Below, piece by piece: positions 1 to 6,532 of a stretch of DNA of 11,048 nucleotides. Location of the stretch: contig JBBRXO010000089.1 of the NCBI GenBank assembly GCA_038248345.1, positions 1-11,048 of the forward strand. The letters run 5' to 3'. The stretch's first letter is position 1; every line of letters starts with the position of its first letter. The position numbers and the translations under genes are program-made. Source of the stretch: Armatimonadota bacterium. GTDB lineage: Bacteria > Armatimonadota > Hebobacteria > CAIYQO01. Under the pieces are notes generated by a model. That model was given only the letters and a program-made list of their open reading frames with translations, was not told the DNA's origin and did no database searches.

Positions 1-1
1 C

Positions 2-817
2 AGTTATAATTCGCCAGTAGCCAGCGCACAGCTGAAGTCGGCCATTTTACTCGCCGGGCTGTATGCCGACGGCGTCACCACGGTGACCGAGCCGGTGAAG
101 TCGCGCGACCATACCGAGCGGATGCTGCGCGGCTTCGGCGTGGAGGTGGTGGAAGACGGGCTGACGGTGAGCGTACGTGGCGGGCAACAGCTGCTCGGGC
201 GGCACGTGGCGGTGCCGGGCGACATCAGCAGCGCGGCCTTTTTCCTGGTGGCCGGGTGCATCATCCCCGGTGCCGAGATCACCGTGCGTCACGTGGGGGT
301 GAACCCCACCCGCGCCGGCGTGATCGACGTGCTGCAGGCGATGGGCGCTGACCTGAGCATCACCAATACGCGCGAGGAGGGCGGCGAGCCGGTGGCCGAC
401 CTCACCGTGCGCCACGGCCAGCTGCACGGCGTGGAGATCGGCGGTGCAATAATCCCCCGGCTGATAGATGAGCTGCCGATACTGGCGGTAGCCGCCGCCT
501 TCGCCACCGGCACGACGACCATCCGCGACGCCGCCGAACTGCGCGTGAAAGAGAGTGACCGCGTGGAGACGGTGGCGCGCTTCCTGCGCGACATGGGCGC
601 ACAAGTGCAGGAGCGCCCCGACGGCATGGTAATCACCGGCGGCCACGCCCTGCACAACGCCACGGTAGACAGCGCCCACGACCACCGCGTAGCCATGAGC
701 GCCGCCATAGCCGCCCTGGCCGCCCACACCACAGTAAATATCAACGGTGCCGAAACCATAGCCACCAGCTTCCCAAACTTTCTGGAATTGCTGGGGGCGT
801 TGGGGTGGGCGGGGTGA
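2..817 (+). CDS. aroA: 3-phosphoshikimate 1-carboxyvinyltransferase (EPSP synthase), 3' part; start lies upstream of the window
   Basis: Frame is open from base 2: SYNSPVASAQLKSAILLAGL...SRDHTERML...PGDISSAAFFL...NPTR...IDELP...ELRVKESDR...DHRVAM...TSFPNF, all class II EPSPS motifs; stop TGA at 815-817. Confidence 0.98.
   Translation, partial: SYNSPVASAQLKSAILLAGLYADGVTTVTEPVKSRDHTERMLRGFGVEVVEDGLTVSVRGGQQLLGRHVAVPGDISSAAFFLVAGCIIPGAEITVRHVGVNPTRAGVIDVLQAMGADLSITNTREEGGEPVADLTVRHGQLHGVEIGGAIIPRLIDELPILAVAAAFATGTTTIRDAAELRVKESDRVETVARFLRDMGAQVQERPDGMVITGGHALHNATVDSAHDHRVAMSAAIAALAAHTTVNINGAETIATSFPNFLELLGALGWAG
744..817 (+). repeat. 74-bp aroA 3'-end direct repeat, copy 1 (att-like; within the intact gene)
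   Basis: ACGGTGCCGAAACCATAGCCACCAGC...GGGGTGGGCGGGGTGA recurs at 2825-2898 (2 mismatches) and 4007-4080 (4 mismatches). Confidence 0.97.
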
Positions 818-822
818 GGGTG

Positions 823-831
823 TGGTAGAAT
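823..831 (+). promoter_or_regulatory. possible extended -10 promoter (TGnTAGAAT) upstream of the AlbA_2 gene
   Basis: TGGTAGAAT 6 bp after the aroA stop; no convincing -35 element. Confidence 0.35.
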
Positions 832-853
832 AATCTGTGGGACGTTGCGTAAA

Positions 854-964
854 CGCGCATAAAATCGCAATCGACCAGTTTTATTGCGATTTTTATTGCG
901 AACGCGCAAATAATCGCAATTATCCAGAGTTTTATGCTATATTTTAGGCGTGTGCGCATAAAAT
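854..964. repeat. palindromic repeat array A (CGCATAAAATCGCA / TGCGATTTTATGCG units, about 50-bp period)
   Basis: CGCGCATAAAATCGCAAT...TTTTATTGCGATTTTTATTGCG, CGCGCAAATAATCGCAAT...TTTTATGCTATATTTTAGGCG, TGCGCATAAAAT; the first 18 bp (854-871) are identical to 2699-2716. Confidence 0.9.
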
Positions 965-988
965 GAGGCCATACGAGGGAATGCTACT

Positions 989-2698
989 ATGAGAACAGTG
1001 CAGCAGATAAATGATCTTTTACCGAAGTTGGACGAACATATTGCAGATGAGTTGGAAGACCAGGATTTAGATTTTAAGCAGTGGGACACGCAAAGTATAA
1101 AAAAGGCTGTCGATCTTTTGATACAGAATGCTATCTGTATGGCCAATGGCGGCGGTGGCACGGTTGTTTTCGGGGTGGCCGACAGAGTGGAATCACGCAA
1201 ATTGGCCATTAAAGGGGTTCCACTTGATGTCGATGTAAATCTGTTGAAACAAGCCGTTTACGACCGCACTGACCCCAAAATAACTCCTGTCTTCGAGGAG
1301 TTACCGGTGCCGGAGGGTACTGGACGCATAATTATTATGCAGATTCATCCGGGGATTCCACCCTACACGGACACCAGCGGTCATGGGACGATACGTGTGG
1401 GTAAAGATTGCGTACCCCTTACTGGTACAATGCGAGGGAAAGTCTCGGTAGTTACTGGTGATACCGACTTCACTGCCGAGGAGATACATACTTCATCTAA
1501 TAATTTGCTCTCACCAGTCGCGTTAGAGAAATTGCGTGACATTGCCCGTGCCGAAAATGCCCCCGATGATCTGATGCGCTTAAGTGACCGGGAGCTTATT
1601 CGCTCGCTCGGGCTGGAGCGGAATGGCAACCTGACGAAAGCAGCATTACTGTTGGCGGGCACCGAGGAGGCATTGCGCGAATATGTCCCCGGTTACAACT
1701 GGACATTTCTCAAAATGTCTTCCGATACCGAATACGATAATCGCGATGATCACAACTGGGCGATTCCCGCTTCAGTTATGCGTGTAGAAGAGCATATTCT
1801 CCCATACAATCCCATTACAACCTTGAGGCATGGCTTGTTTCACTTCGAGTATCGCACCTACCCAGAGGTAGCACTACGCGAAGCATTGATGAACGCATTT
1901 TGTCATAGAGACTACCGTATAGCGGGGCCGGTTATGATCAAGCTCTATCAGGATCGCCTGGAAATAAGCAATACCGGCGGGTTTATCGGCGGTGTCACGG
2001 CAAATAATATCTTGCACCACCAGCCAGTAGCGCGCAACCCACTGCTGGTGCAGGCAATGACACAGTTGCGCCTGGTGAATCGCAGTAATCTCGGCATCAG
2101 CCGCATGTACTCTTCGCTGTTGATGGAAGGCAAAGAACCTCCGGTTATTTGCGAGAGCGGCGACTCGGTGATGATGACATTCTTCCGGCGCGAGATATCA
2201 CCCGCTTTCCGCTTTTTTGTGGAAGAAGAAAGCCAGGCCGGTCGGAGTCTGAACGTGGATTCCCTGCTGATTCTGCAATATCTGCTGAAGCACAGGGAGA
2301 TTGACACCACCCAGGCATCCGCAATATGCCAACATTCAGAAGAACAAATGCGCGAGCAACTCGCAAATATGGAGCAAATAAACTACCTGGAACGTGGTGG
2401 CGCTAAACGCGGAACCTACTGGTCACTCAGCCACAAACTCGTCGTTACACTTGGGAATGATGGAAATGGCGGTCACCATAGCCGCATAGAATGGAATGTC
2501 GCCAAAACCAGTATCCTGAATATCTTGACGGAACGAGCGCGACATAATGAACCCGGCCTTAGTAATGCAGAAATCCGACAGATATGCCACTATGACCGAA
2601 ATCAAGTACGGCGTATGGTGCAAGAGCTTATGATGGAGAACCCCCGCGTAAGAATGACCGGAACAACGAAATCGGCACGCTACGAAATGATGCGTTAG
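989..2698 (+). CDS. Schlafen/AlbA_2 domain protein with HATPase_c_4 (RecG-C-like) and C-terminal winged-HTH domains
   Basis: 569 aa; N-terminal LEDQDLDFKQW and CMANGGGGTVVFGVAD (AlbA_2); YPEVALREALMNAFCHRDY and ARNPLL (HATPase_c_4); C-terminal HTH-like segments; GAGGGA RBS upstream. Confidence 0.88.
   Translation: MRTVQQINDLLPKLDEHIADELEDQDLDFKQWDTQSIKKAVDLLIQNAICMANGGGGTVVFGVADRVESRKLAIKGVPLDVDVNLLKQAVYDRTDPKITPVFEELPVPEGTGRIIIMQIHPGIPPYTDTSGHGTIRVGKDCVPLTGTMRGKVSVVTGDTDFTAEEIHTSSNNLLSPVALEKLRDIARAENAPDDLMRLSDRELIRSLGLERNGNLTKAALLLAGTEEALREYVPGYNWTFLKMSSDTEYDNRDDHNWAIPASVMRVEEHILPYNPITTLRHGLFHFEYRTYPEVALREALMNAFCHRDYRIAGPVMIKLYQDRLEISNTGGFIGGVTANNILHHQPVARNPLLVQAMTQLRLVNRSNLGISRMYSSLLMEGKEPPVICESGDSVMMTFFRREISPAFRFFVEEESQAGRSLNVDSLLILQYLLKHREIDTTQASAICQHSEEQMREQLANMEQINYLERGGAKRGTYWSLSHKLVVTLGNDGNGGHHSRIEWNVAKTSILNILTERARHNEPGLSNAEIRQICHYDRNQVRRMVQELMMENPRVRMTGTTKSARYEMMR
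2637..2698 (+). repeat. 3' end of the AlbA_2 gene, duplicated with divergence at 3865-3926
   Basis: AGAACCCCCGCGTAAGAATGA...AAATCGGC.CGCTACGAAATGATGCGTTAG is present in both places. Confidence 0.92.
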
Positions 2699-2818
2699 CG
2701 CGCATAAAATCGCAATACGTCGATTTTATGCGATTATTTATGCGCGTGCGCATAAACCGCGCATAAATCCAAAGCTTTATGCGATATTTTACGCGTGCGC
2801 GCATAAAATCGCATAAAA
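2699..2818. repeat. palindromic repeat array B
   Basis: Two and a half units of CGCATAAA.../...TTTATGCG starting immediately after the AlbA_2 stop; followed by CTGCTG and aroA repeat copy 2. Confidence 0.92.
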
Positions 2819-2824
2819 CTGCTG

Positions 2825-2898
2825 ACGGCGCCGAAACCATAGCCACCAGCTTCCCGAACTTTCTGGAATTGCTGGGGGCGTTGGGGTGGGCGGGGTGA
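2825..2898 (+). repeat. 74-bp aroA 3'-end direct repeat, copy 2
   Basis: 72/74 identical to 744-817; both differences are synonymous in the aroA frame (GGT>GGC, CCA>CCG). Confidence 0.97.
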
Positions 2899-2927
2899 AT
2901 CATATCATTGAAATTATGCATAATGCC

Positions 2928-2952
2928 AGAACTACCGAGAGTTCTTTTTGTT
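2928..2952 (+). terminator. possible weak intrinsic terminator
   Basis: AGAACT-ACCGAG-AGTTCT stem-loop followed by TTTTGTT, 30 bp after aroA repeat copy 2. Confidence 0.3.
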
Positions 2953-3141
2953 GATTTTCAGTTGGCATTCTTTGCAAATTCCATTGTGTGTGTCATTTTT
3001 AGCCACATTGTGGAAAAATTCTGAAAGCGGTTTCTCCTCTTTACAATGTTGACATATCTTTTTTATTGCTGCAGGCATACTATACCCTCCTTATAATTTA
3101 GAGTCGCCATATAAACACAGATATAACAGATCAGAGTTATT

Positions 3142-3507
3142 CTATTCACTCTGGTGATTAGCAAAGTCATTAGCGATCACCCAACCGATTCCTTCAGTTA
3201 TTGAAGCTGCTGTAGTCGCATTGACTACATTTCCCCACAATGGTATCCACCCCACCATCCATTGGCTTATCCCACGTCCGACTATTGTTGCCGTCGCAGC
3301 TGCAATTGCTGATTTTGCCGCGCTTTCGTCAATTCTCTTTTCAAACACTGCCCCTAGCGATATAACCATACCTATTTGGATAGGAACTATAATTAGATTA
3401 TCTGCTGTCGGCAGTTGCGCTCCCGCAAATCCAACACTACCAGCCAAAAGAGCTGCACTGTGAATAATACCATGGCACCGTTTTTTTTGATCATCAGACA
3501 TTGACAT
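3142..3507 (-). CDS. small hydrophobic protein, DUF697/YcjF-like
   Basis: 121 aa, Ala/Gly-rich; IIHSAALLAG, LPTADNLIIVPIQIGMVISLG and WIPLWGNVVNATTAASITEGIGW resemble DUF697; strong AGGAGGAG RBS upstream. Confidence 0.75.
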   Translation of the reverse strand: MSMSDDQKKRCHGIIHSAALLAGSVGFAGAQLPTADNLIIVPIQIGMVISLGAVFEKRIDESAAKSAIAAATATIVGRGISQWMVGWIPLWGNVVNATTAASITEGIGWVIANDFANHQSE

Positions 3508-3548
3508 TTTAATACTCCTCCTGCTTTGAACGCATATATCGGTTATAG

Positions 3549-3866
3549 CCGATTAGTGACAAGCTGAAACAACGCGGGTGGGATCAGGCGGAGCTGGCGC
3601 GGCGTAGCCGTATCACAACTGCGCAGATATCGCGTGTCTTCACCGGTGAGCGGCGTCCGGGGCCGACGACTTGCCGGGCTATCGCGCGCGCTCTGCAGTT
3701 GTCACCCGAAGAAGTATTCCGTGAGGCTGATCTGTTGCCGAAACTGCGGCAACAACCGGAAGGAACCGAGGAGTTACTACATATTTATATTGATATGAAC
3801 GAAGATGAGCGTGCCTGCACCCTCGCCATCGCTCGTACCCTCCATGGTATGGGGCACCGGGAATAG
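3549..3866 (+). pseudogene. XRE-family helix-turn-helix regulator lacking a canonical start codon (absent from the ORF track)
   Basis: Hand translation from 3552: ISDKLKQRGWDQAELARRSRITTAQISRVFTGERRPGPTTCRAIARALQLSPEEVFREADLLP...HGMGHRE*; in-frame TAG at 3546-3548 and no ATG/GTG/TTG before the HTH. Confidence 0.82.
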
Positions 3867-3926
3867 AACCCCCGCGTAAGAATGAACGAAAAAGCAAAAT
3901 CGGCGCGCTACGAAATGATGCGTTAG
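3865..3926 (+). repeat. remnant second copy of the AlbA_2 gene 3' end
   Basis: Encodes NPRVRMNEKAKSARYEMMR* versus NPRVRMTGTTKSARYEMMR* in the full gene. Confidence 0.9.
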
Positions 3927-4000
3927 CGCGCAATTAAATCGCAATTATCCAGATTTTTATGCGATTATTTATGCGTGCGCGCATAAATAATCGCATAAAA
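3927..4000. repeat. palindromic repeat array C, including a perfect 21-bp inverted repeat (3955-3975 / 3980-4000)
   Basis: TTTTATGCGATTATTTATGCG-TGCG-CGCATAAATAATCGCATAAAA followed by CTGCTG and aroA repeat copy 3. Confidence 0.95.
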
Positions 4001-4006
4001 CTGCTG

Positions 4007-4080
4007 ACGGCGCCGAAACCATAGCCACCAGCCTCCCGAATTTTCTGGAATTGCTGGGGGCGTTGGGGTGGGCGGGGTGA
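4007..4080 (+). repeat. 74-bp aroA 3'-end direct repeat, copy 3
   Basis: 70/74 identical to copy 1 and 72/74 to copy 2; includes TTC>CTC (TSFP>TSLP). Confidence 0.97.
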
Positions 4081-4123
4081 GAAGGAAGAGCAGCAGAGGA
4101 AAATGAGTATTGATGTAGGCTAT

Positions 4124-4569
4124 TCACCTATTGCCGAATATCTGTTGCGGGGTAATTATTTGATATGGGCTATTGCTGAGATTATTTGCCACCGGAAGAT
4201 CAGCAGTAAAGAAGGGGAGACGCAGATTATCTGCTAATGCCACATTGACGCCATCGTATACTGATATCCCGAAACGGCTCCCGATTTCAAAAGCAGTTGT
4301 TATCAAGGAATCAATCGGGTAGTATGTTATCGATAGTTGTTGTAAATCCTGCAGATCCTGCCGTGCCTGCTCAACTGGGTATTTGAAACGAGAATTCGTG
4401 TGCGCAAGACATTCGCATACTCTAATTGAGTCAATATCGGGGCGTGCAATTCCATCCCCGGAGTGAGCTCCTGGAAGAAGGTGAGAATCTCTTCTGAATA
4501 GTCTTCGACCGAGACTGTCTTCAAAAGAATGTTAGCATCGATCACACAAGAAAAAGGCACCGCACTCAT
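4124..4569 (-). pseudogene. vapC: PIN-domain (VapC-type) toxin split by a 1-nt frameshift near 4390
   Basis: N-part CVIDANILLK...APILTQLEYANVLRTR continues in another frame as RFKYPVEQARQDLQDLQQLSITYYPIDSLITTAFEIGSRFGISVYDGVNVALADNLRLPFFTAD; span is 446 bp, one short of a multiple of 3. Confidence 0.85.
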
Positions 4570-4811
4570 CGTTGCCTGTCTTCAGCAATCATTTCCGCAG
4601 CGGTCACCGGGAAACGTTCTCGGGTGGTCATGCGTTGGCGCATATTTGCCAGGGCGGCGTTGTGATCCTGGCGTTGTAGCAGAGTTTTTCGCACCCCTAC
4701 CTCGGTAAGATGCAACACTTCTGCAGGCACCGAGCGTCTTTCCAGTGCCGCCGCTTGTTTGATCTCTTCCATCAATTTTTCCGGTATATCGCGTAACATG
4801 ATTGTCGCCAT
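4566..4811 (-). CDS. ribbon-helix-helix (Arc/FitA-like) antitoxin
   Basis: 81 aa; MATIMLRDIPEKLMEEIKQAAALERRSVPAEVLHL RHH pattern and AAEMIAEDRQR tail; ATGA overlap with the PIN gene; GGGAG RBS. Confidence 0.85.
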   Translation of the reverse strand: MATIMLRDIPEKLMEEIKQAAALERRSVPAEVLHLTEVGVRKTLLQRQDHNAALANMRQRMTTRERFPVTAAEMIAEDRQR

Positions 4812-4828
4812 TGCTTTACTCCCATATC

Positions 4829-4837
4829 ATTATACCA
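4829..4837 (-). promoter_or_regulatory. extended -10 promoter of the TA operon
   Basis: TGGTATAAT on the minus strand, 17 nt upstream of the antitoxin ATG. Confidence 0.55.
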
Positions 4838-4869
4838 CTTGTTGCTCTTTTGATAACATCTTAGCAATG

Positions 4870-5970
4870 TCATTCCTCCTCATCCCGCAACAACCGCTCG
4901 TAGGCAGCGTAGCGTGCGGGGGTGATCTCGCCTTTTTCTACCGCATCTTTCACGGCGCAGCGGGGTTCGTGGGTGTGGCTGCAGTTGCGGAAGGCGCAGT
5001 CTTCGGCTAGTTCGGTGAATTCGCTGAAGCAGGCGGCGATCTCTTCGGGGGTCATCTTCCACAGGCCGAAGGCGCGGATGCCGGGGGTGTCGATGAGGCG
5101 GATGCCGCCCGCCAGCCGGTAGAGGCGCGAGGAGGTGGTGGTGTGGCGGCCAAGGCCGTCGCGCTGGCGCAGCGCGCCGGTGACCAGCTCCAGCGTGGGA
5201 TCCAGCGCATTGAGCAGCGAGGATTTGCCCACGCCGCTGTGCCCCACCAGCACGCAGGTGCGCTCCGCCAGCGCCGCGCGCAGCTCGGGCAACCCCTCGC
5301 CGGTGGTAGAGGAGCAGGGGATGATCATAATGTCCTGATCGCGGAAGGGCTGTAGCCGCGCCAGCTCCGCCTCCCGTTCCTCTGGGGTGAGCATATCCAC
5401 TTTTGTGGCGATGATTATCGGCGTGGCGCCCCCGCGCGATATGGCCAGCAACGCGCGCTCCAGCAGGCGCACGCGCATGGGCGGGAGTTTGACGGAGGTG
5501 ACCAGCCCCACCACGTCGATGTTGGCGGCGAGGATGCGCTCGATATGCACCGCGAAGGGATCCGGGCGCGAGAGTCGCGTGCGCCGCGGCAGCACCGCCT
5601 GCACCATCAACGGGTCGCCATCGAGGCGCACCATGTCGCCCACGGCGATGGCGCTCTTTTGCAGTTGCGCCAGCGCGGGGGCCAGCGGGGCCACAATCTC
5701 GGTGCCGTCGCACTGCACGGTGGCGCGTCGGCTAGTCAGCCCCACCACCAGCCCGGTGAACTTCGCCTCGTCGCCCAGCGTCACCGGCGCAGGTTCCGCG
5801 CGCTCCCGCTCCATGATACGCAACATCAGCTCATCAAGGGAGGGCGCGCGTTTGAACTGCTTCATGATATCGTTGCGCTCGGTCTCCGCGCGTTTGCGCA
5901 GCAGCTGTTGTCCGCCCCCCGGCAATGCGGAAAGCAGCACCTGCAAGCGTTTTTTCTCCTGGAATTTCAA
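4870..5970 (-). CDS. rsgA: ribosome small subunit-dependent GTPase A
   Basis: Circularly permuted GTPase motifs TKVD, GHSGVGKSS, GRHTTT, DTPG and the C-terminal CAFRNCSHTHEPRC zinc finger; TTG at 5970 chosen as start because of an AAGGA RBS 6 nt upstream (ORF extends to 5991). Confidence 0.96.
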   Translation of the reverse strand: MKFQEKKRLQVLLSALPGGGQQLLRKRAETERNDIMKQFKRAPSLDELMLRIMERERAEPAPVTLGDEAKFTGLVVGLTSRRATVQCDGTEIVAPLAPALAQLQKSAIAVGDMVRLDGDPLMVQAVLPRRTRLSRPDPFAVHIERILAANIDVVGLVTSVKLPPMRVRLLERALLAISRGGATPIIIATKVDMLTPEEREAELARLQPFRDQDIMIIPCSSTTGEGLPELRAALAERTCVLVGHSGVGKSSLLNALDPTLELVTGALRQRDGLGRHTTTSSRLYRLAGGIRLIDTPGIRAFGLWKMTPEEIAACFSEFTELAEDCAFRNCSHTHEPRCAVKDAVEKGEITPARYAAYERLLRDEEE

Positions 5971-6057
5971 AATTGTTCCTTTTTTATCCAATATAAGAGC
6001 AGCATGGCCCTAAGATCGTAAATAAGACGTTTCAGCGTGGTGAAGAACAAATGAGGA

Positions 6058-6132
6058 TGGTGGTCGCTACTGGATTCGAACCAGTGACCCCTACAGTGTG
6101 AGTGTAGTGCGCTACCGCTGCGCCAAGCGACC
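6058..6132 (-). tRNA. tRNA-Val (anticodon CAC)
   Basis: GGTCGCT/AGCGACC acceptor stem, CTACA-CTCACAC-TGTAG anticodon arm, GGTTCGAATCC T arm, encoded CCA. Confidence 0.96.
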
Positions 6133-6139
6133 GGGGACA

Positions 6140-6215
6140 TGGTGGGCGAAGAGGGACTCGAACCCCCGACCATCTGGGTGTAAACCAGACGCTCTACCAA
6201 CTGAGCTATCCGCCC
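6140..6215 (-). tRNA. tRNA-Val (anticodon TAC)
   Basis: GGGCGGA/TTCGCCC acceptor stem, TCTGG-TTTACAC-CCAGA anticodon arm, GGTTCGAGTCC T arm, encoded CCA. Confidence 0.97.
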
Positions 6216-6249
6216 ATGAAAGCCTGACGACTTACTGTTACCATTAGAA

Positions 6250-6278
6250 AGTATAGCCACTCAACGGCCTGGTGTCAA
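6250..6278 (-). promoter_or_regulatory. sigma70-type promoter for the tRNA-Val pair (possibly also rsgA)
   Basis: TTGACA (6278-6273), 17-bp spacer, TATACT (6255-6250). Confidence 0.85.
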
Positions 6279-6532
6279 TATTGATTCGTCCGCTGCTGTA
6301 GGGCATTCTCACCACAGATACAAATATATTTTCCCCAGTGTATGGAAAAGGAAGATGATTTGTGGTATAAATAGCATAGAGACAAAAGGAATAATGGTTA
6401 CGCAGGCAGAAACTATTAGGTAAGATGAATGTGATGAGCCAATCGGCTACTCTCATTTGAGCAAATATTTACTGCTTAATACATGCACAAGCAGGTCTCG
6501 CACTATCATAGAGGGGGAGTTGGATTGCCAGC

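Larger units (their letters stand above)
818..2898 (+). mobile_element. putative integrated cassette 1 (non-autonomous islet bounded by aroA 3'-end repeats)
   Basis: Flanked by 74-bp direct repeats, palindromic arrays inside both ends, visibly lower GC than aroA, one cargo gene, no integrase. Confidence 0.7.
2899..4080 (+). mobile_element. putative integrated cassette 2 (degenerate islet)
   Basis: Lies between aroA repeat copies 2 and 3; its right end (3865-4080) is homologous to the right end of cassette 1 (2637-2898); its left end lacks the palindromic array. Confidence 0.62.

Noticed and set aside
2628..2921. Minus-strand ORFs over the repeats (2628-2921, 3679-3933, 741-959, 289-909)
   Set aside because: They are antisense translations of aroA, the repeats and the XRE gene; their mutual similarity only reflects the DNA repeats.
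3049..3083. TTGACA in the AT-rich region of cassette 2 as a promoter
   Set aside because: The nearest -10-like hexamers are more than 20 bp away, and it would point antisense into the DUF697-like gene.
2637..3926. Gene 3' end plus diverged copy as a diversity-generating retroelement VR/TR pair
   Set aside because: No reverse transcriptase is present, the repeat is short, and the differences are not confined to adenines of one copy.
3865..3930. AAC...GTTAGCG segment (also 2637-2702) as an integron attC site
   Set aside because: It starts at a stop codon and has AAC/GTT ends, but internal pairing is poor, R''/R' boxes do not complement beyond 3 bp, it reads as the native AlbA_2 C-terminus, and no intI is present.
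854..4000. Palindromic repeat arrays as a CRISPR array
   Set aside because: Units are degenerate, alternate in orientation and have only 2-9 bp between arms; there are no unique spacers and no cas genes.
744..4080. Triplicated aroA end as a pure assembly artefact
   Set aside because: The three copies differ from each other by 2-4 substitutions and have distinct flanks, which is unlike a mis-assembly; long reads would still be the decisive check.
6058..6215. tRNA-Val genes as integration sites, or as a functional partner of the nearby Schlafen/VapC nucleases
   Set aside because: I saw no duplicated tRNA 3' end in the window, and proximity alone does not support a functional link.
4880..6260. 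Alternative-frame and antisense ORFs over rsgA and the tRNAs (e.g. 4880-5713, 5387-6013, 5967-6260)
   Set aside because: Shadow ORFs typical of GC-rich genes, or overlapping tRNAs, with no recognisable motifs.
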